Assembly: GCA_027021785.1 (NCBI GenBank)
Contig: JALUTR010000145.1
Span: 1-48,493 of the forward strand
Source: Fidelibacterota bacterium
GTDB lineage: Bacteria; Fidelibacterota; Marinisomatia; Marinisomatales; JAADGP01
Length of the DNA stretch: 48,493 bases
Reading direction: 5' to 3'
Shown: positions 1 through 10,044 of the stretch, piece by piece
How the letters are laid out: each line of letters begins with the position of its first letter
Numbering within the stretch: position 1 is the first letter of the stretch
Notes under the pieces: model-generated
Told to the model about the DNA's origin: nothing
Database searches by the model: none
The model's input: only the letters and a program-made list of their open reading frames with translations
Position numbers and translations under genes: made by a program

Positions 1-1
1 A

Positions 2-991
2 TTGTACGATCCTTATCGTGGAATCGCGGATTTGCGCGCGAAGCGATTGGTTACGCCGCTGAACCCGGCGGAGACCTTTTCCGACGATCCCCTGCGCATG
101 CTCCGGGCGGCGTATTTTGCCGCTGAATTGAGATTTGATCTGGAAAAAGCGTGTGTAAAAGCTATGCGCGATCAGGCCGATCGGATACAAATTGTCTCCT
201 GGGAAAGAATTACCGGGGAATTACTCAAAATCCTGAAAGCTCCGAAACCATCCATCGGCCTGGTACTGTTACAAAAAACCGGATTGATGCGCTATGTTTT
301 TCCGGAAATCGATGTTATGTACGGCCTGCGTCAAAGTCCCGATTGGCACCACAAGGATATTTTCTATCACACCATGCAGGTCATCGATAATGCCGCTCAA
401 CTGACGGATAAAGTGGAAGTCCGGTTCGCCGCCCTGGTCCATGATATTGCCAAACCGCGGACCCGGCGATTGGATTCCGATAAAGGGTATACTTTCTACG
501 GCCATGATGATCTCGGCGCACAAATGGTAAAACGGGTTGCCCATCGGATGAAACTGCCGAATGATTTGCGGGATTACCTGGCGAAAATGACCCTGCTGCA
601 CTTGCGTCCGATCGCGTTGGCGAAGGAAGGCGTCACCGATTCGGCGGTGCGGCGCCTGATGGTGGCCGCCGGAGATGAAGTGGATGATTTGCTGACTCTC
701 TGCCGGGCGGACATCACCAGTAAAAACCCCCGCCTCGTGGAGCGCTACTGGGCAAATTTTGAACGGGTGGAAAGACGGATGAAAGACGTCCGGGAAAGAG
801 ATGCCATGCAGGCTTTCCAATCCCCCGTCAGGGGCGATGTGATTATGAAAGTGTGCAACCTGCCCCCGGGCAAAAAAATCGGACTTATCAAAAAAGCCAT
901 TGAAGATGCAATCCTGGATGGTGAAATAGAAAACACCTACGATGCGGCCTATGAATATTTATTAAAAATAAAAGATAAATATGTCGAGTGA
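2..991 (+). CDS. CCA-adding tRNA nucleotidyltransferase / poly(A) polymerase family with HD domain (5' truncated)
   Basis: DDPLRMLRA, SWERITGELLKIL, HD motif ALVHDIAKP, FYGHD; frame open at window start. Confidence 0.9.
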   Translation: MYDPYRGIADLRAKRLVTPLNPAETFSDDPLRMLRAAYFAAELRFDLEKACVKAMRDQADRIQIVSWERITGELLKILKAPKPSIGLVLLQKTGLMRYVFPEIDVMYGLRQSPDWHHKDIFYHTMQVIDNAAQLTDKVEVRFAALVHDIAKPRTRRLDSDKGYTFYGHDDLGAQMVKRVAHRMKLPNDLRDYLAKMTLLHLRPIALAKEGVTDSAVRRLMVAAGDEVDDLLTLCRADITSKNPRLVERYWANFERVERRMKDVRERDAMQAFQSPVRGDVIMKVCNLPPGKKIGLIKKAIEDAILDGEIENTYDAAYEYLLKIKDKYVE

Positions 992-1008
992 AACGTGATG
1001 CGTAAGCG
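989..1008 (+). repeat. Degenerate TGAAACG-type heptamer repeat overlapping the stop codon
   Basis: tgaaacg tgatgcg taagcg. Confidence 0.5.
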
Positions 1009-1028
1009 TACGTAAGTAATTCCGCAGT

Positions 1029-1305
1029 TATGGGTGGGGAACCAATCCGCAGGTTGATTCCAGGATCGGATTATACTCTAACCCGACCATGAACAAAAGG
1101 ACATTCGCAGGAAGAAGACAAAGATTTGGAAACTGACAATCGGTGCCGGTAGATATTTCTGTTTTTCACGGTATCCTCTCCAATAATCCTGCAGACCGCC
1201 CGGTGGATTGGTTTCCCGACATCCGTCGCTCCGCTCAACTTGGCTTCCCGGCATCCACCGGTCCGCCTTGCGGACTCGCTTCCTGACTATCGTCGGGAGT
1301 CCTTG
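1029..1305 (+). repeat. Composite palindromic intergenic element, copy A, with long foldback
   Basis: atgggtggggaaccaatcc matches 40382-40400; IR 1036-1050/1203-1217; hairpins gtccgc-ctt-gcggac and tcctgac-tatc-gtcggga. Confidence 0.65.
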
Positions 1306-1353
1306 TTCGCCGCCGGGAAAATTTCCATTTAATAAATTGCCTCTGTAAACCTG

Positions 1354-1420
1354 ATTAATAATATTAATAGTATCATTAAATATAATAATATGAATTGAAA
1401 TAGAAATTAAACATATTAAT
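1354..1420. promoter_or_regulatory. Three ATTAA-N5-(T/A)TAAT palindromes in the AT-rich promoter region
   Basis: attaataatattaat 1354, attaaatataataat 1375, attaaacatattaat 1406; directly upstream of an HTH gene. Confidence 0.4.
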
Positions 1421-1485
1421 ATTATAGGTTGTAATAATTCATGTTGCTTTGTTATTTTCCCCCATACTAAATCATCAGGATCGCA

Positions 1486-1839
1486 ATGAAAATAATTGAT
1501 TGTCCGGTCTGCCGCGAAAAAATGATCAGCACACAGTTATATTGTGAGCATTGTGACATACTCATTGACGGAAAGTTCGAACACGATCGGTTTGCCAATT
1601 TGGATAATGACACGGCTGATTTTCTTGAGGTTTTTGTGCTTGCCCGCGGAAATATTAAGGAAATCGAAAAGCAGTTGGGAATCTCATACCCTACCGTCCG
1701 GGCCAGGATCGACAGATTGGTGGAAGCTGTGGTGAATATTAAGGAAATGGAAAAACAGCACTTGGAAAAAGAACAAAAAGCGCGGGCCGATTCGGAGCGG
1801 AAAAACCGGATTGTAAAATCCATTATCAGGAAGTATTGA
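1486..1839 (+). CDS. DUF2089-like Zn-ribbon + HTH regulator
   Basis: CPVC...CEHC, then GNIKEIEKQLGISYPTVRARID. Confidence 0.85.
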   Translation: MKIIDCPVCREKMISTQLYCEHCDILIDGKFEHDRFANLDNDTADFLEVFVLARGNIKEIEKQLGISYPTVRARIDRLVEAVVNIKEMEKQHLEKEQKARADSERKNRIVKSIIRKY

Positions 1840-1854
1840 AAGAAAGGGAGGCTA

Positions 1855-2172
1855 ATGATTATAGTCACAACGCCGGATATTCCGGGGAAGAGAATTGTGA
1901 AGGTGTTGGGAATCGCTCGTGGAAGTACGATTCGGGCTCGTAATTTGGGACGCGATATTATGGCGATCCTGAAAATGCTGGTTGGGGGTGAAATCAAAAC
2001 CTATACCGAAATGATGGCCAGGGCACGGGAGGAATCCATCACCCGCATGGAAACGGTGGCGAAAGAGATGGGAGCCAATGCGATTGTTAATGTTCGCTTA
2101 ACATCGGTTACCGTTCTTTCAAGCACGGCCGAAATATTGGCCTATGGTACAGCGGTGGTGATTGGTGAATAA
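1855..2172 (+). CDS. YbjQ/UPF0145 family protein
   Basis: TTPDIPG, GGEIKTY, AREES, GANAIVNVR, AYGTAV; GGGAGG RBS. Confidence 0.92.
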   Translation: MIIVTTPDIPGKRIVKVLGIARGSTIRARNLGRDIMAILKMLVGGEIKTYTEMMARAREESITRMETVAKEMGANAIVNVRLTSVTVLSSTAEILAYGTAVVIGE

Positions 2173-2506
2173 TTGATCCCGCCGTGGCGACACGCAAACC
2201 CGGAGCCCGAATTGTTTGCTTGCGGGACCCAACGTGCAAGGCTACGGATGATCCGGGTTGAATATCGAACAGAAAACAACGAGTCTCGATCAAATGGTTG
2301 GTGTTCCTTCGGGAAATTCGTGTAATTAATGTCTGCCGAATAATCCGAATTAGACCAAGTGTCGGGTGACGATGGCAGATACGTTCAGGTTCGGAAAATA
2401 AGAAATGTCCTGAATTGAAAGGAAGTCAAAGCGTTTTTTTAAAATCCTGACAACCATCTTAAACCAAACAAGTCTAACGTAGTCTTATATTAAAAGGTAA
2501 GTGTGT

Positions 2507-3217
2507 ATGTACTTTATCAATAACCTGATTAACCTGTTTGTTTCTCCGGGTCGCTTGTTCGAAACAATCAGGAAGCGAACCAATTGGAAGGATGTTTTAA
2601 TTCCACTATCGGTATTGGTGGTTCTGGGGGTGCTTAGCCTGGGACTGTTGAAAGATTTATTGATTGAAGTCCAGCTCAGCCAGGCCGTCGCCCGGATTGA
2701 AAACGATAGTCGGATACCGGTGGACAAGAAAGATGAGTTCATTCTGCAAATGGAAGACCGGTTCACCAACCCGACGCCGTTCATGGAAGCCATCGCGTGG
2801 GTGAACGCCGGTTTATCCATACCCATCAGGGTATTGTTCATGGCGCTTGTGTTACTGGTTATCGGAAATGCGATGCTCGGAGGCGCGGTGGCCTATGGGA
2901 AATTGGTTCACATGACCGCCTATGTTTATCTGGTCAATATTGTCGAACAGGCGGTGAAAGTACCGCTGATGCTTAATCGGTGGAGCGTGGAAGTCTATAC
3001 CGGACTGGGTTTGCCGGGCCTGGGAGAAAAAGGTAGTTTCCTTCATAATTTTTTGGCCGGGATGGACTTTTTTGCGTTCTGGCGAATTGTTTTAATGGCA
3101 ATCGGGATGGGGATCCTGTATCAACGGGAAACGAAATCGTTTCTCTGGGCGTTAATTGTCTTTTGGTTACTCCAGGTAGCCATCCTAGCCGGACTAAATA
3201 TGATTGCTTATTCGTGA
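2507..3217 (+). CDS. Yip1-family membrane protein
   Basis: N-terminal LFVSPGRLFE, several TM helices, DFFAFWRIVL; upstream of exporter genes. Confidence 0.75.
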   Translation: MYFINNLINLFVSPGRLFETIRKRTNWKDVLIPLSVLVVLGVLSLGLLKDLLIEVQLSQAVARIENDSRIPVDKKDEFILQMEDRFTNPTPFMEAIAWVNAGLSIPIRVLFMALVLLVIGNAMLGGAVAYGKLVHMTAYVYLVNIVEQAVKVPLMLNRWSVEVYTGLGLPGLGEKGSFLHNFLAGMDFFAFWRIVLMAIGMGILYQRETKSFLWALIVFWLLQVAILAGLNMIAYS

Positions 3218-4560
3218 AAAAAACAAGAATACAGTTTAACACCCTGTTTTTTATTTGGCTGGTTTCCTTTACGCTGGTATCGGGACAGGCTTTAACCTTA
3301 ACGGAGTGTGTGCAAATCGCGCTGAAGAATAAGGAGACGGTAAAGTCAGCCGTATTGGATATTCAGTCCGCCGAAGCGGGGAGACGGAGCGCTTTAAGCA
3401 ATGTCCTCCCCAGCCTGCGATTGTCCGGGGGATGGAATGAATCCCGGTTCCCGGGGAGGGATTTCACCATTGATCCGGTAACAGGTGAACCGGTTGGCGT
3501 ACCCGGCACCTCCATATCGAGTTTGACAACCTGGTCCAGCGGAGTGGGTTTGAACCAGATTCTGTATGATGGTTCCGGTTCCTGGAATCGCATTGCGCAA
3601 GCCAGGGAAAATTACCGGTTGGCAATTCAGCGCGACCGGCAGGCGCGAATCAACGTGATTCGGGATGTGTATCAAGCCTTTTACCAGTTATTGAAAGCTC
3701 AGCAACTGTTGAAGGTGGCCCGTTTGAATCTCGAGCTGACGGAACAGCAGGTGGAACTGGTTCAGCGGCAGTATGAATTAGGGGCGGTTAAGAAAACCGA
3801 CTTGTTAAAAGCGGAAGTTCAGGCAGGACAGGCGAAAGTCGATCTGGTCAATCAGGAATCCGCGGTAAATAATGCCATGTTCGCCTTGCGTAATGCTATG
3901 GGATTGATTGGTTCCGAACAACAGTTCACCATCAAAGAAACGGACCGTCCGTTACCGGAACTACCGGACCGGGAAAAGGCTTATGAACTATTACGGGATA
4001 ACAATCCTTCTCTGCAATCGGCGAAGATTCAACTGAAACAGGCGGAAATAAATTTCCGAATTGCCCGGGGCGCGAGACGCCCGGTTTTAAGCGCCAATGT
4101 CAATTATTCGGCGGCGTCGGAAGAGTTGAGCAGATTCGTCAGGGATTTCAATGAATCCTGGCGTTTTAACAGTAGTATCTCTCTTTCCCTGCCGTTATTT
4201 ACGGGGTTCGATATATCCGGCAAAATTCAACAAGCCCAATTGGCCGCCATGAAACAACAATATAACTATACAACTATTCGAAATGATCTGATTGTCCAAT
4301 TGGAAGCAATCATGGAAGTCCTTCGGAATTACGAAGAAATCATTTCCATCAACGAGGAAGTATTAACAGCCGCGGAAGAAGATTTGAAATTGGTGCAGAA
4401 ACGATATTCGCTCGGTTCGGCCACGATTCTTGAAGTGTTGGATTCCCAGGTTTCGTTAACCCGCGCCCGTTCCAACCTGGTGACCTCCCGTTACGATGCG
4501 CGGGTGCAGGAAGCCAATTACCGGGCTGTTTTAGGCGTTTTAGGTCAGGATATCGAGTAA
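3214..4560 (+). CDS. TolC-family outer membrane efflux protein
   Basis: Signal peptide; LTLTECVQIALKN; YELGAVKKTDLL and YSLGSATILEVL repeats; GTGA overlap gives start 3214. Confidence 0.9.
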   Translation: MKKTRIQFNTLFFIWLVSFTLVSGQALTLTECVQIALKNKETVKSAVLDIQSAEAGRRSALSNVLPSLRLSGGWNESRFPGRDFTIDPVTGEPVGVPGTSISSLTTWSSGVGLNQILYDGSGSWNRIAQARENYRLAIQRDRQARINVIRDVYQAFYQLLKAQQLLKVARLNLELTEQQVELVQRQYELGAVKKTDLLKAEVQAGQAKVDLVNQESAVNNAMFALRNAMGLIGSEQQFTIKETDRPLPELPDREKAYELLRDNNPSLQSAKIQLKQAEINFRIARGARRPVLSANVNYSAASEELSRFVRDFNESWRFNSSISLSLPLFTGFDISGKIQQAQLAAMKQQYNYTTIRNDLIVQLEAIMEVLRNYEEIISINEEVLTAAEEDLKLVQKRYSLGSATILEVLDSQVSLTRARSNLVTSRYDARVQEANYRAVLGVLGQDIE

Positions 4561-4703
4561 ATGATTTTACAATGCGTAACGCTTTTTACCGGCCGTGATT
4601 CCTGCCGCGTGCCGATACACATCGCGTGTCGCAAAATATTCGGAAGTGAAAAATGAAACGGACCGTTTCGTCAAATATATATGTTTTGGGAAGGAAATAG
4701 ACA

Positions 4704-5996
4704 TTGGTTGTAAAACGTAAACGATTATCGAAAAAGACCCGTTGGATAGTGGTGATCATTATCCTGGTGGTTATTGGTGTTTTTGTCGTCGCGAATTTGA
4801 GAAAGTCGAATAGTGACGCCATCCGTGTGGAGACTGAAGAAGTGACCCGTCAGACCGTTGTACACAAGGTGAATGCCAGCGGTCAGATTCAGCCGGAAGT
4901 GGAAGTGAAAATCAGCGCCACCATTTCGGCCTGGATTACGGAAATTACGGTTCAGGAAGGGGACTATGTGGAGGTGGGACAGCTTTTAATCTCCCTCGAT
5001 GAAAAACAATACAAAGCCTCAGTTGAACAGGCGAAATCTTCGGTGAAATCCGCAAAAGCCAGGTTGAAACAAATTAAAGCCCAGAGGGATCGGGTTGAGT
5101 CGTTATTCCAACAGGGACTTGTTTCGGCGCAGGAACTGGAATCCATAACAGCGGAATTCGAATTGGCTGAAAGCCAGTTGGAACAGGCCCAGGCTGCGCT
5201 GGAATCACGCGAAGATGAATTATCCAAAACGCGTATTACCGCGCCCCAGGCCGGCATTGTGACCAAAATAAATAAGGAAGTAGGCGAAATGGCTCTCGGT
5301 TCGGTCTTTCAGGCGGATGTATTGATGACGATTGCCGATCTGAGCCGCATGGAAGTGGTTGTGGATGTGAATGAGAATGATGTGGTTTCAGTGACCGAGG
5401 GAGATACGGCGGAGATTGAAATTGACGCCTTTCAGGATACAGTGTTTTACGGAATTGTCAGTGAAATCGCCCATGTGGCGGAAACCAAGGCCCTTGGCAC
5501 GCAGGAACAGGTCACCAATTTTAAAGTGCGCATCCGGATACTTGAAGTACCGGATAAAATCCGTCCCGGGATGAGCGCCACGGCAAATATTATTACCGAT
5601 ATACGTCAAAATGTGTTGGCAATCCCGATCCAGGCCCTTACGATCCGCCCGGAAGGAGCGGAAAAAGAATCAATGAAAAAACGGAAAGGTAAGAAAACTC
5701 CGCGAAAAAGAGGGGAAAATCCGGGAAATAGAAGCAGAAAACGGAAGATGCAGGAAGTGGTCTTTGTTGTTTCGGATACATCCGCCAATGTCGATGATCA
5801 AAAGAATCTCGGAGAAAACCAAAAATACGCCCTGGTCCGTCCCGTTAAGGTTGGAATCGCCAGTGAAACCCATTATGAAGTTTTGAGTGGATTGAAGGAA
5901 GGGGATATCGTTATTACCGGCAGTTACAAGGCTATCAGTCGCGACTTGTATAACGATGCGGTGGTCGTGACGGGGAAGTCCGGGAATGATGAATGA
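4704..5996 (+). CDS. Efflux periplasmic adaptor (MacA/HlyD-like MFP)
   Basis: N-terminal TM; [13 protein letters not shown]; ITAPQAG; IRPGMSA; GLKEGD. Confidence 0.92.
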   Translation: MVVKRKRLSKKTRWIVVIIILVVIGVFVVANLRKSNSDAIRVETEEVTRQTVVHKVNASGQIQPEVEVKISATISAWITEITVQEGDYVEVGQLLISLDEKQYKASVEQAKSSVKSAKARLKQIKAQRDRVESLFQQGLVSAQELESITAEFELAESQLEQAQAALESREDELSKTRITAPQAGIVTKINKEVGEMALGSVFQADVLMTIADLSRMEVVVDVNENDVVSVTEGDTAEIEIDAFQDTVFYGIVSEIAHVAETKALGTQEQVTNFKVRIRILEVPDKIRPGMSATANIITDIRQNVLAIPIQALTIRPEGAEKESMKKRKGKKTPRKRGENPGNRSRKRKMQEVVFVVSDTSANVDDQKNLGENQKYALVRPVKVGIASETHYEVLSGLKEGDIVITGSYKAISRDLYNDAVVVTGKSGNDE

Positions 5997-6675
5997 TCTG
6001 ATTGTTTTGAAAGGTATCACGCGGGTTTATGAAGTCGGCACGGAAAGAATCCACGCGTTAGCCGGTGTCGATCTGACCATACGCCGGAACGAATATATTT
6101 CGACCATGGGGCCGTCTGGTTCCGGGAAGTCGACACTCATGAACATCATTGGTTGTCTGGATACACCCACCAGTGGTACGTACGAATTTGAGGGTGAACC
6201 GGTTCATGAGATGGACGACAACCAACTGGCGTCGATTCGTAATCGTAAGATCGGCTTTGTGTTTCAGACTTTTAATCTGCTCCCCAAGTTAACGGCGCTT
6301 CGAAATGTTGAATTGCCGCTTATCTATGCCAACGTTCCCCGTGATGAGCGCATGAAACGGGCGGAACGGGCATTGGAGCAAGTCGGGCTGACTGACCGCA
6401 TGACCCACAAACCGAACGAATTATCCGGGGGACAACGACAGCGCGTGGCGATTGCGCGGGCATTGGTTACCAATCCTTCCGTTATTCTGGCGGACGAACC
6501 GACCGGAAATCTGGATTCAAAAAGCGGGGAGGATATCATGCGCTTGTTCGATGATCTTCATGAAGCGGGAAACACAATCATATTGGTGACGCATGAAAAA
6601 TACATCGCCAACCATGCCCAACGGACACTGCATATCCTCGATGGAAAGATTAACGAAGACACGTTGAATGGGTAA
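5986..6675 (+). CDS. ABC ATP-binding protein (MacB/LolD-like)
   Basis: [39 protein letters not shown]. Confidence 0.95.
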   Translation: MMNDLIVLKGITRVYEVGTERIHALAGVDLTIRRNEYISTMGPSGSGKSTLMNIIGCLDTPTSGTYEFEGEPVHEMDDNQLASIRNRKIGFVFQTFNLLPKLTALRNVELPLIYANVPRDERMKRAERALEQVGLTDRMTHKPNELSGGQRQRVAIARALVTNPSVILADEPTGNLDSKSGEDIMRLFDDLHEAGNTIILVTHEKYIANHAQRTLHILDGKINEDTLNG

Positions 6676-6790
6676 GAGATGATTCGAAAGAATGAAATCG
6701 ACAGCGATTTTGGCGATTGTGATTTTTCAGCGAACTGTGTTCGATGTGAATAAAGATTGTCGTTTCGGCAATAGAATGGGATTGTATTTC

Positions 6791-6897
6791 AATATTAACG
6801 ATTTCGTAAAAGGTCTCATATTTTCATTGCGATCCCGCGTCAGCGGGAGAAGCAATCTCCATGACATCATTGTATTCTTCACGATTTCGTCGACATT
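6791..6897. repeat. REP-like palindrome inside degenerate terminal inverted repeats (MITE-like remnant)
   Basis: tcattgcgatcccgcgtcagcgggagaagcaatctc 6824-6859; flanks 6791-6812 and 6876-6897 are imperfect IRs. Confidence 0.5.
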
Positions 6898-6935
6898 TAT
6901 TATCATTTGTCCCATTTGAAACGCATAGTGTAATC

Positions 6936-8153
6936 GTGTTCGGATTATTCATCGGTAATGCGAGAATCGCCCTGGAGGCGATTGTGGCCAATAAGGCGCG
7001 GACGCTGCTAACCACTCTGGGTATCATTATCGGTATTTTGGCTGTGACCCTGATGGGAACGTTAATCTCGGGGCTTGACCGGTCATTTGAAAGGAGTATG
7101 TCTTTTTTGGGAAGGGATGTGTTGTTTATTTCCAAGCATGAGTGGTTTGGCAACCAGGAATGGTGGGAAGTTCGAAACCGCCCGGATATCAAACTGGATT
7201 ATGCCGAAAAATTAATGGAGTATTCGAAATACGTCCGGGCCGTGGCGCCGGTAATGCGGAGAAGAATGGAAGTGGTTCACAAAGAAGAAAGTTTGTCCGA
7301 CGTAACGGTCGTAGGTACAACGCCGGAGTATATGCTGACGTCGACGATCGACATTGAAAACGGTCGTTTTATCACGAGTGGGGAAGAACGCTCGGGGTCA
7401 CGGGTGGTTGTGATTGGATTTGATGTGGCTCAGGCCTTGTTTGAAGGTGAAAATCCCCTGGATAAAAAAATCAGGATGGGCCCCTACTCGTTCCGTGTGA
7501 TCGGAGTGGTTGAAAAGCAGGGAAAATTCCTGGGGTTGTTCAGCTTGGATAACCAGGTGATTATACCTTTGGGGTCCTATTTACGGTTGTTTGCCCGCAG
7601 GGGCTGGATGCAATTGAATGTAAAGGTCGACAGTGACCATGTTTCCGAGGCCCGGGATGAAGTACGGGGAATTATGCGCCGTCTGCGCGGCCTGCATCCG
7701 CTGGAGAAAGACAATTTCGCCATTAACCAGCAGGACGCCTTTCGCAAACAATACGGCATGATCAAGTTGGCAATTGGAGGTACCGGTATCTTTATCACGA
7801 TTCTCTCTCTGGTGGTAGGGGGAATCGGTATTATGAACATTATGTTTGTATCGGTAAAGGAACGCACCCGGGAAATCGGTGTGCGCAAAGCGATCGGGGC
7901 CACCCGTGCGGTCATTTTGCAGCAATTTCTCCTGGAAGCGGTATTCATTTGTTTAATCGGAGGAGTGACGGGGTTGCTCCTGGCTTACGGGGGGAGTCTT
8001 TTGATTGATAAGTATGTTTTCCCCTCCACGATGCCGGTTTGGCTGGCGATTGCATCTATGGGCTTGAGTATGCTGGTAGGTATTGTTTCCGGTTTGGCCC
8101 CTTCGTTTAAAGCCGCGCGCCTGGACCCGATTGAGGCCCTGCGCTATGAGTAA
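6936..8153 (+). CDS. ABC permease (MacB/FtsX-type) 1
   Basis: GGIGIMNIMFVSVKERTREIGVRKAIGA, DPIEALRYE; GTG 6936 is the likely start. Confidence 0.92.
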   Translation: MFGLFIGNARIALEAIVANKARTLLTTLGIIIGILAVTLMGTLISGLDRSFERSMSFLGRDVLFISKHEWFGNQEWWEVRNRPDIKLDYAEKLMEYSKYVRAVAPVMRRRMEVVHKEESLSDVTVVGTTPEYMLTSTIDIENGRFITSGEERSGSRVVVIGFDVAQALFEGENPLDKKIRMGPYSFRVIGVVEKQGKFLGLFSLDNQVIIPLGSYLRLFARRGWMQLNVKVDSDHVSEARDEVRGIMRRLRGLHPLEKDNFAINQQDAFRKQYGMIKLAIGGTGIFITILSLVVGGIGIMNIMFVSVKERTREIGVRKAIGATRAVILQQFLLEAVFICLIGGVTGLLLAYGGSLLIDKYVFPSTMPVWLAIASMGLSMLVGIVSGLAPSFKAARLDPIEALRYE

Positions 8154-9405
8154 AAGTAAACGCAGTCACCTCAAGAATACCATCAAGGAAAGCCTGCGAA
8201 TGGCTCTGGAGGCCATCCGTGACAATAAATTGCGTTCTGTTTTGACATTATTGGGGATTACCATCGGTGTCTTTTCGGTTATTGGCGTGATGACCGCTAT
8301 CCGGACACTGGAAACATCGATTGAATCCGGTCTGAATGTGTTCGGTACCAATACCTTCCTGATTCAGAAATATCCGGTTGTGACGATCGGCGGCCATTCA
8401 AGGCGAAAGTACCGCAACCGGCGGAACATTACCTATGATCAATATGAAAAGCTGAAACAACAGGCCCGCCTGCCGATACTGATAAGCGTCATCGACGCCA
8501 CCGCCGGTCAGACAATTAAGTATCGCGACCGGCAGGCGAAGAAAAACGTGTATCTGCAAGGCGGAGACGAAGGCAGTTTAAGAACGCTGAATACCTTTAT
8601 CGGAGACGGTCGGAGCATAACCCAACATGACGTGGAATTTTCGCGCAGGGTTGCTGTTCTGGGGATGGATGCCGTCGACCAGTTATTCCCTTTCGAAGAT
8701 CCGTTGGAAAAAACAATTACCATCGACGGAATCGGCTATCTGGTGGTCGGGGTAGCCGAACGAAAGGGGAAAATGTTCGGCCAGAGTCAGGATAATTACG
8801 TCATAATTCCGATTACGACCTATTTGCAACGCTATGGCAACCGGTGGACTTCCCTGAGCATAACGGTGGAGGCCCCGTCGGCGGAACTATACGACAGGAC
8901 CAGGGATGAAGTAATTGGTATTTTGCGAATGATCCGAAAGGTTCCTCCCGGTAAAGAAAATGATTTTGAAGTGGCTTCCAACGCCCAGTTGATCGAAACT
9001 TTCGGTCAGTTCACCGTGGGGGTGAAACTATTCGCTTTAGCGATCAGCATTATTGCGCTGTTGGTGGCGGGAATCGGAATTATGAACATTATGTTGGTTT
9101 CGGTCAGCGAACGTATCAAGGAAATCGGTATCCGCAAGGCCATTGGGGCAACCCGCAGGGATATCCTGATTCAATTTCTGACCGAAGCCGTATTTCTAAG
9201 TGAATTCGGCGGAATTACCGGCGTTATTCTGGGTGTGTTGGGGGGGAACCTGGTTGCCATGGTTTTTCATATTCCGGCCGTAATTCCCCTGGACTGGGTG
9301 CTGATCGGGTTGGCGGTTTGTTCCGTTATTGGGGTCAGCTTCGGAATCTATCCGGCATATCGGGCGGCCAAATTGGATCCGATTACGTCATTAAGGTACG
9401 AGTGA
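8146..9405 (+). CDS. ABC permease (MacB/FtsX-type) 2
   Basis: NKLRSVLTLLGI, GIGIMNIMLVSVSERIKEIGIRKAIGA, LRYE; ATG 8146 overlaps the upstream gene. Confidence 0.92.
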   Translation: MSKSKRSHLKNTIKESLRMALEAIRDNKLRSVLTLLGITIGVFSVIGVMTAIRTLETSIESGLNVFGTNTFLIQKYPVVTIGGHSRRKYRNRRNITYDQYEKLKQQARLPILISVIDATAGQTIKYRDRQAKKNVYLQGGDEGSLRTLNTFIGDGRSITQHDVEFSRRVAVLGMDAVDQLFPFEDPLEKTITIDGIGYLVVGVAERKGKMFGQSQDNYVIIPITTYLQRYGNRWTSLSITVEAPSAELYDRTRDEVIGILRMIRKVPPGKENDFEVASNAQLIETFGQFTVGVKLFALAISIIALLVAGIGIMNIMLVSVSERIKEIGIRKAIGATRRDILIQFLTEAVFLSEFGGITGVILGVLGGNLVAMVFHIPAVIPLDWVLIGLAVCSVIGVSFGIYPAYRAAKLDPITSLRYE

Positions 9406-9443
9406 AATTCGGCGAAGCGCCGGGGCCCAATCCGTTGGTTGGT

Positions 9444-9527
9444 AAGAGCCAATAACCAAGAGCCAAGAGCCAATAACCAAGAGCCAAGAGCCAAGAGCCA
9501 AGAGCCAAGAACCAAAAACCAAGAACC
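9444..9527 (+). repeat. Tandem heptamer array (AAGAGCC), 12 units
   Basis: 7 aagagcc, 2 aataacc, 2 aagaacc, 1 aaaaacc. Confidence 0.97.
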
Positions 9528-9558
9528 AGTCCGCCGTCGGAGAGGTCCGCCAACCGGA

Positions 9559-9629
9559 TTTCACGTTTCACGCATCACGTTTCTCCTCCGTCGGGATCTC
9601 CACTTCGTTCCGACATGTATCACGTTTCA
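9559..9629 (-). repeat. TGAAACG-family heptamers interrupted by a GTCGGGA...TTCCGAC hairpin
   Basis: tttcacg tttcacg catcacg tttc; gtcggga 9590-9596 / ttccgac 9608-9614; tatcacgtttca 9618-9629. Confidence 0.75.
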
Positions 9630-9717
9630 AATATAATAGTTTGGGATTATTTTCCTTTTTCTTGAAACAAGAAGGGGGTAGAGTCTAAATTTACCAACCG
9701 CTTTTGTTAATATATTG

Positions 9718-10044
9718 ATGTCGAACGAAAACAAAATCACCACTCAGGAAGTCCGTAAAATAGCGCGTTTAGCCCGTTTAGCGTTGACCGATGATGAACT
9801 TACGCAATACACCGGGCAGTTAAACCGGATATTGGAATATATGGATCAGCTTGGCGAACTGGACACTTCAAACGTGGAACCGATGAGCCATGTGCTGAAT
9901 CTGGTTAATGTGGCGCGGGACGATGTGCCCGGTCAAACGTTGGCATTGGAAACAGTACTGAAAAACGCTCCTGTGGAAAAAGACGGACATATCGCCGTAC
10001 CGGCCGTGATCGGTAGTCAAGAGGCTGGAAAGAGGACCCGTTAA
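9718..10044 (+). CDS. gatC: Asp/Glu-tRNA amidotransferase subunit C
   Basis: VRKIARLARL, ILEYMDQLGELDT, VLKNAP, VPAVI. Confidence 0.93.
   Translation: MSNENKITTQEVRKIARLARLALTDDELTQYTGQLNRILEYMDQLGELDTSNVEPMSHVLNLVNVARDDVPGQTLALETVLKNAPVEKDGHIAVPAVIGSQEAGKRTR

Noticed and set aside
1467-1997. 176-aa minus-strand ORF
   Set aside because: Antisense to two well-supported genes.
6692-6919. 75-aa ORF in the ATPase-permease gap
   Set aside because: Spans the REP/MITE-like element; no protein-like features.
9444-9527. Possible CRISPR array
   Set aside because: 7-nt tandem units with no spacers and no cas genes.
9383-9636. ORFs 9439-9636(+) and 9383-9571(-)
   Set aside because: Translations of the heptamer array (QEPRAKS / LLALGSW); not credible proteins.
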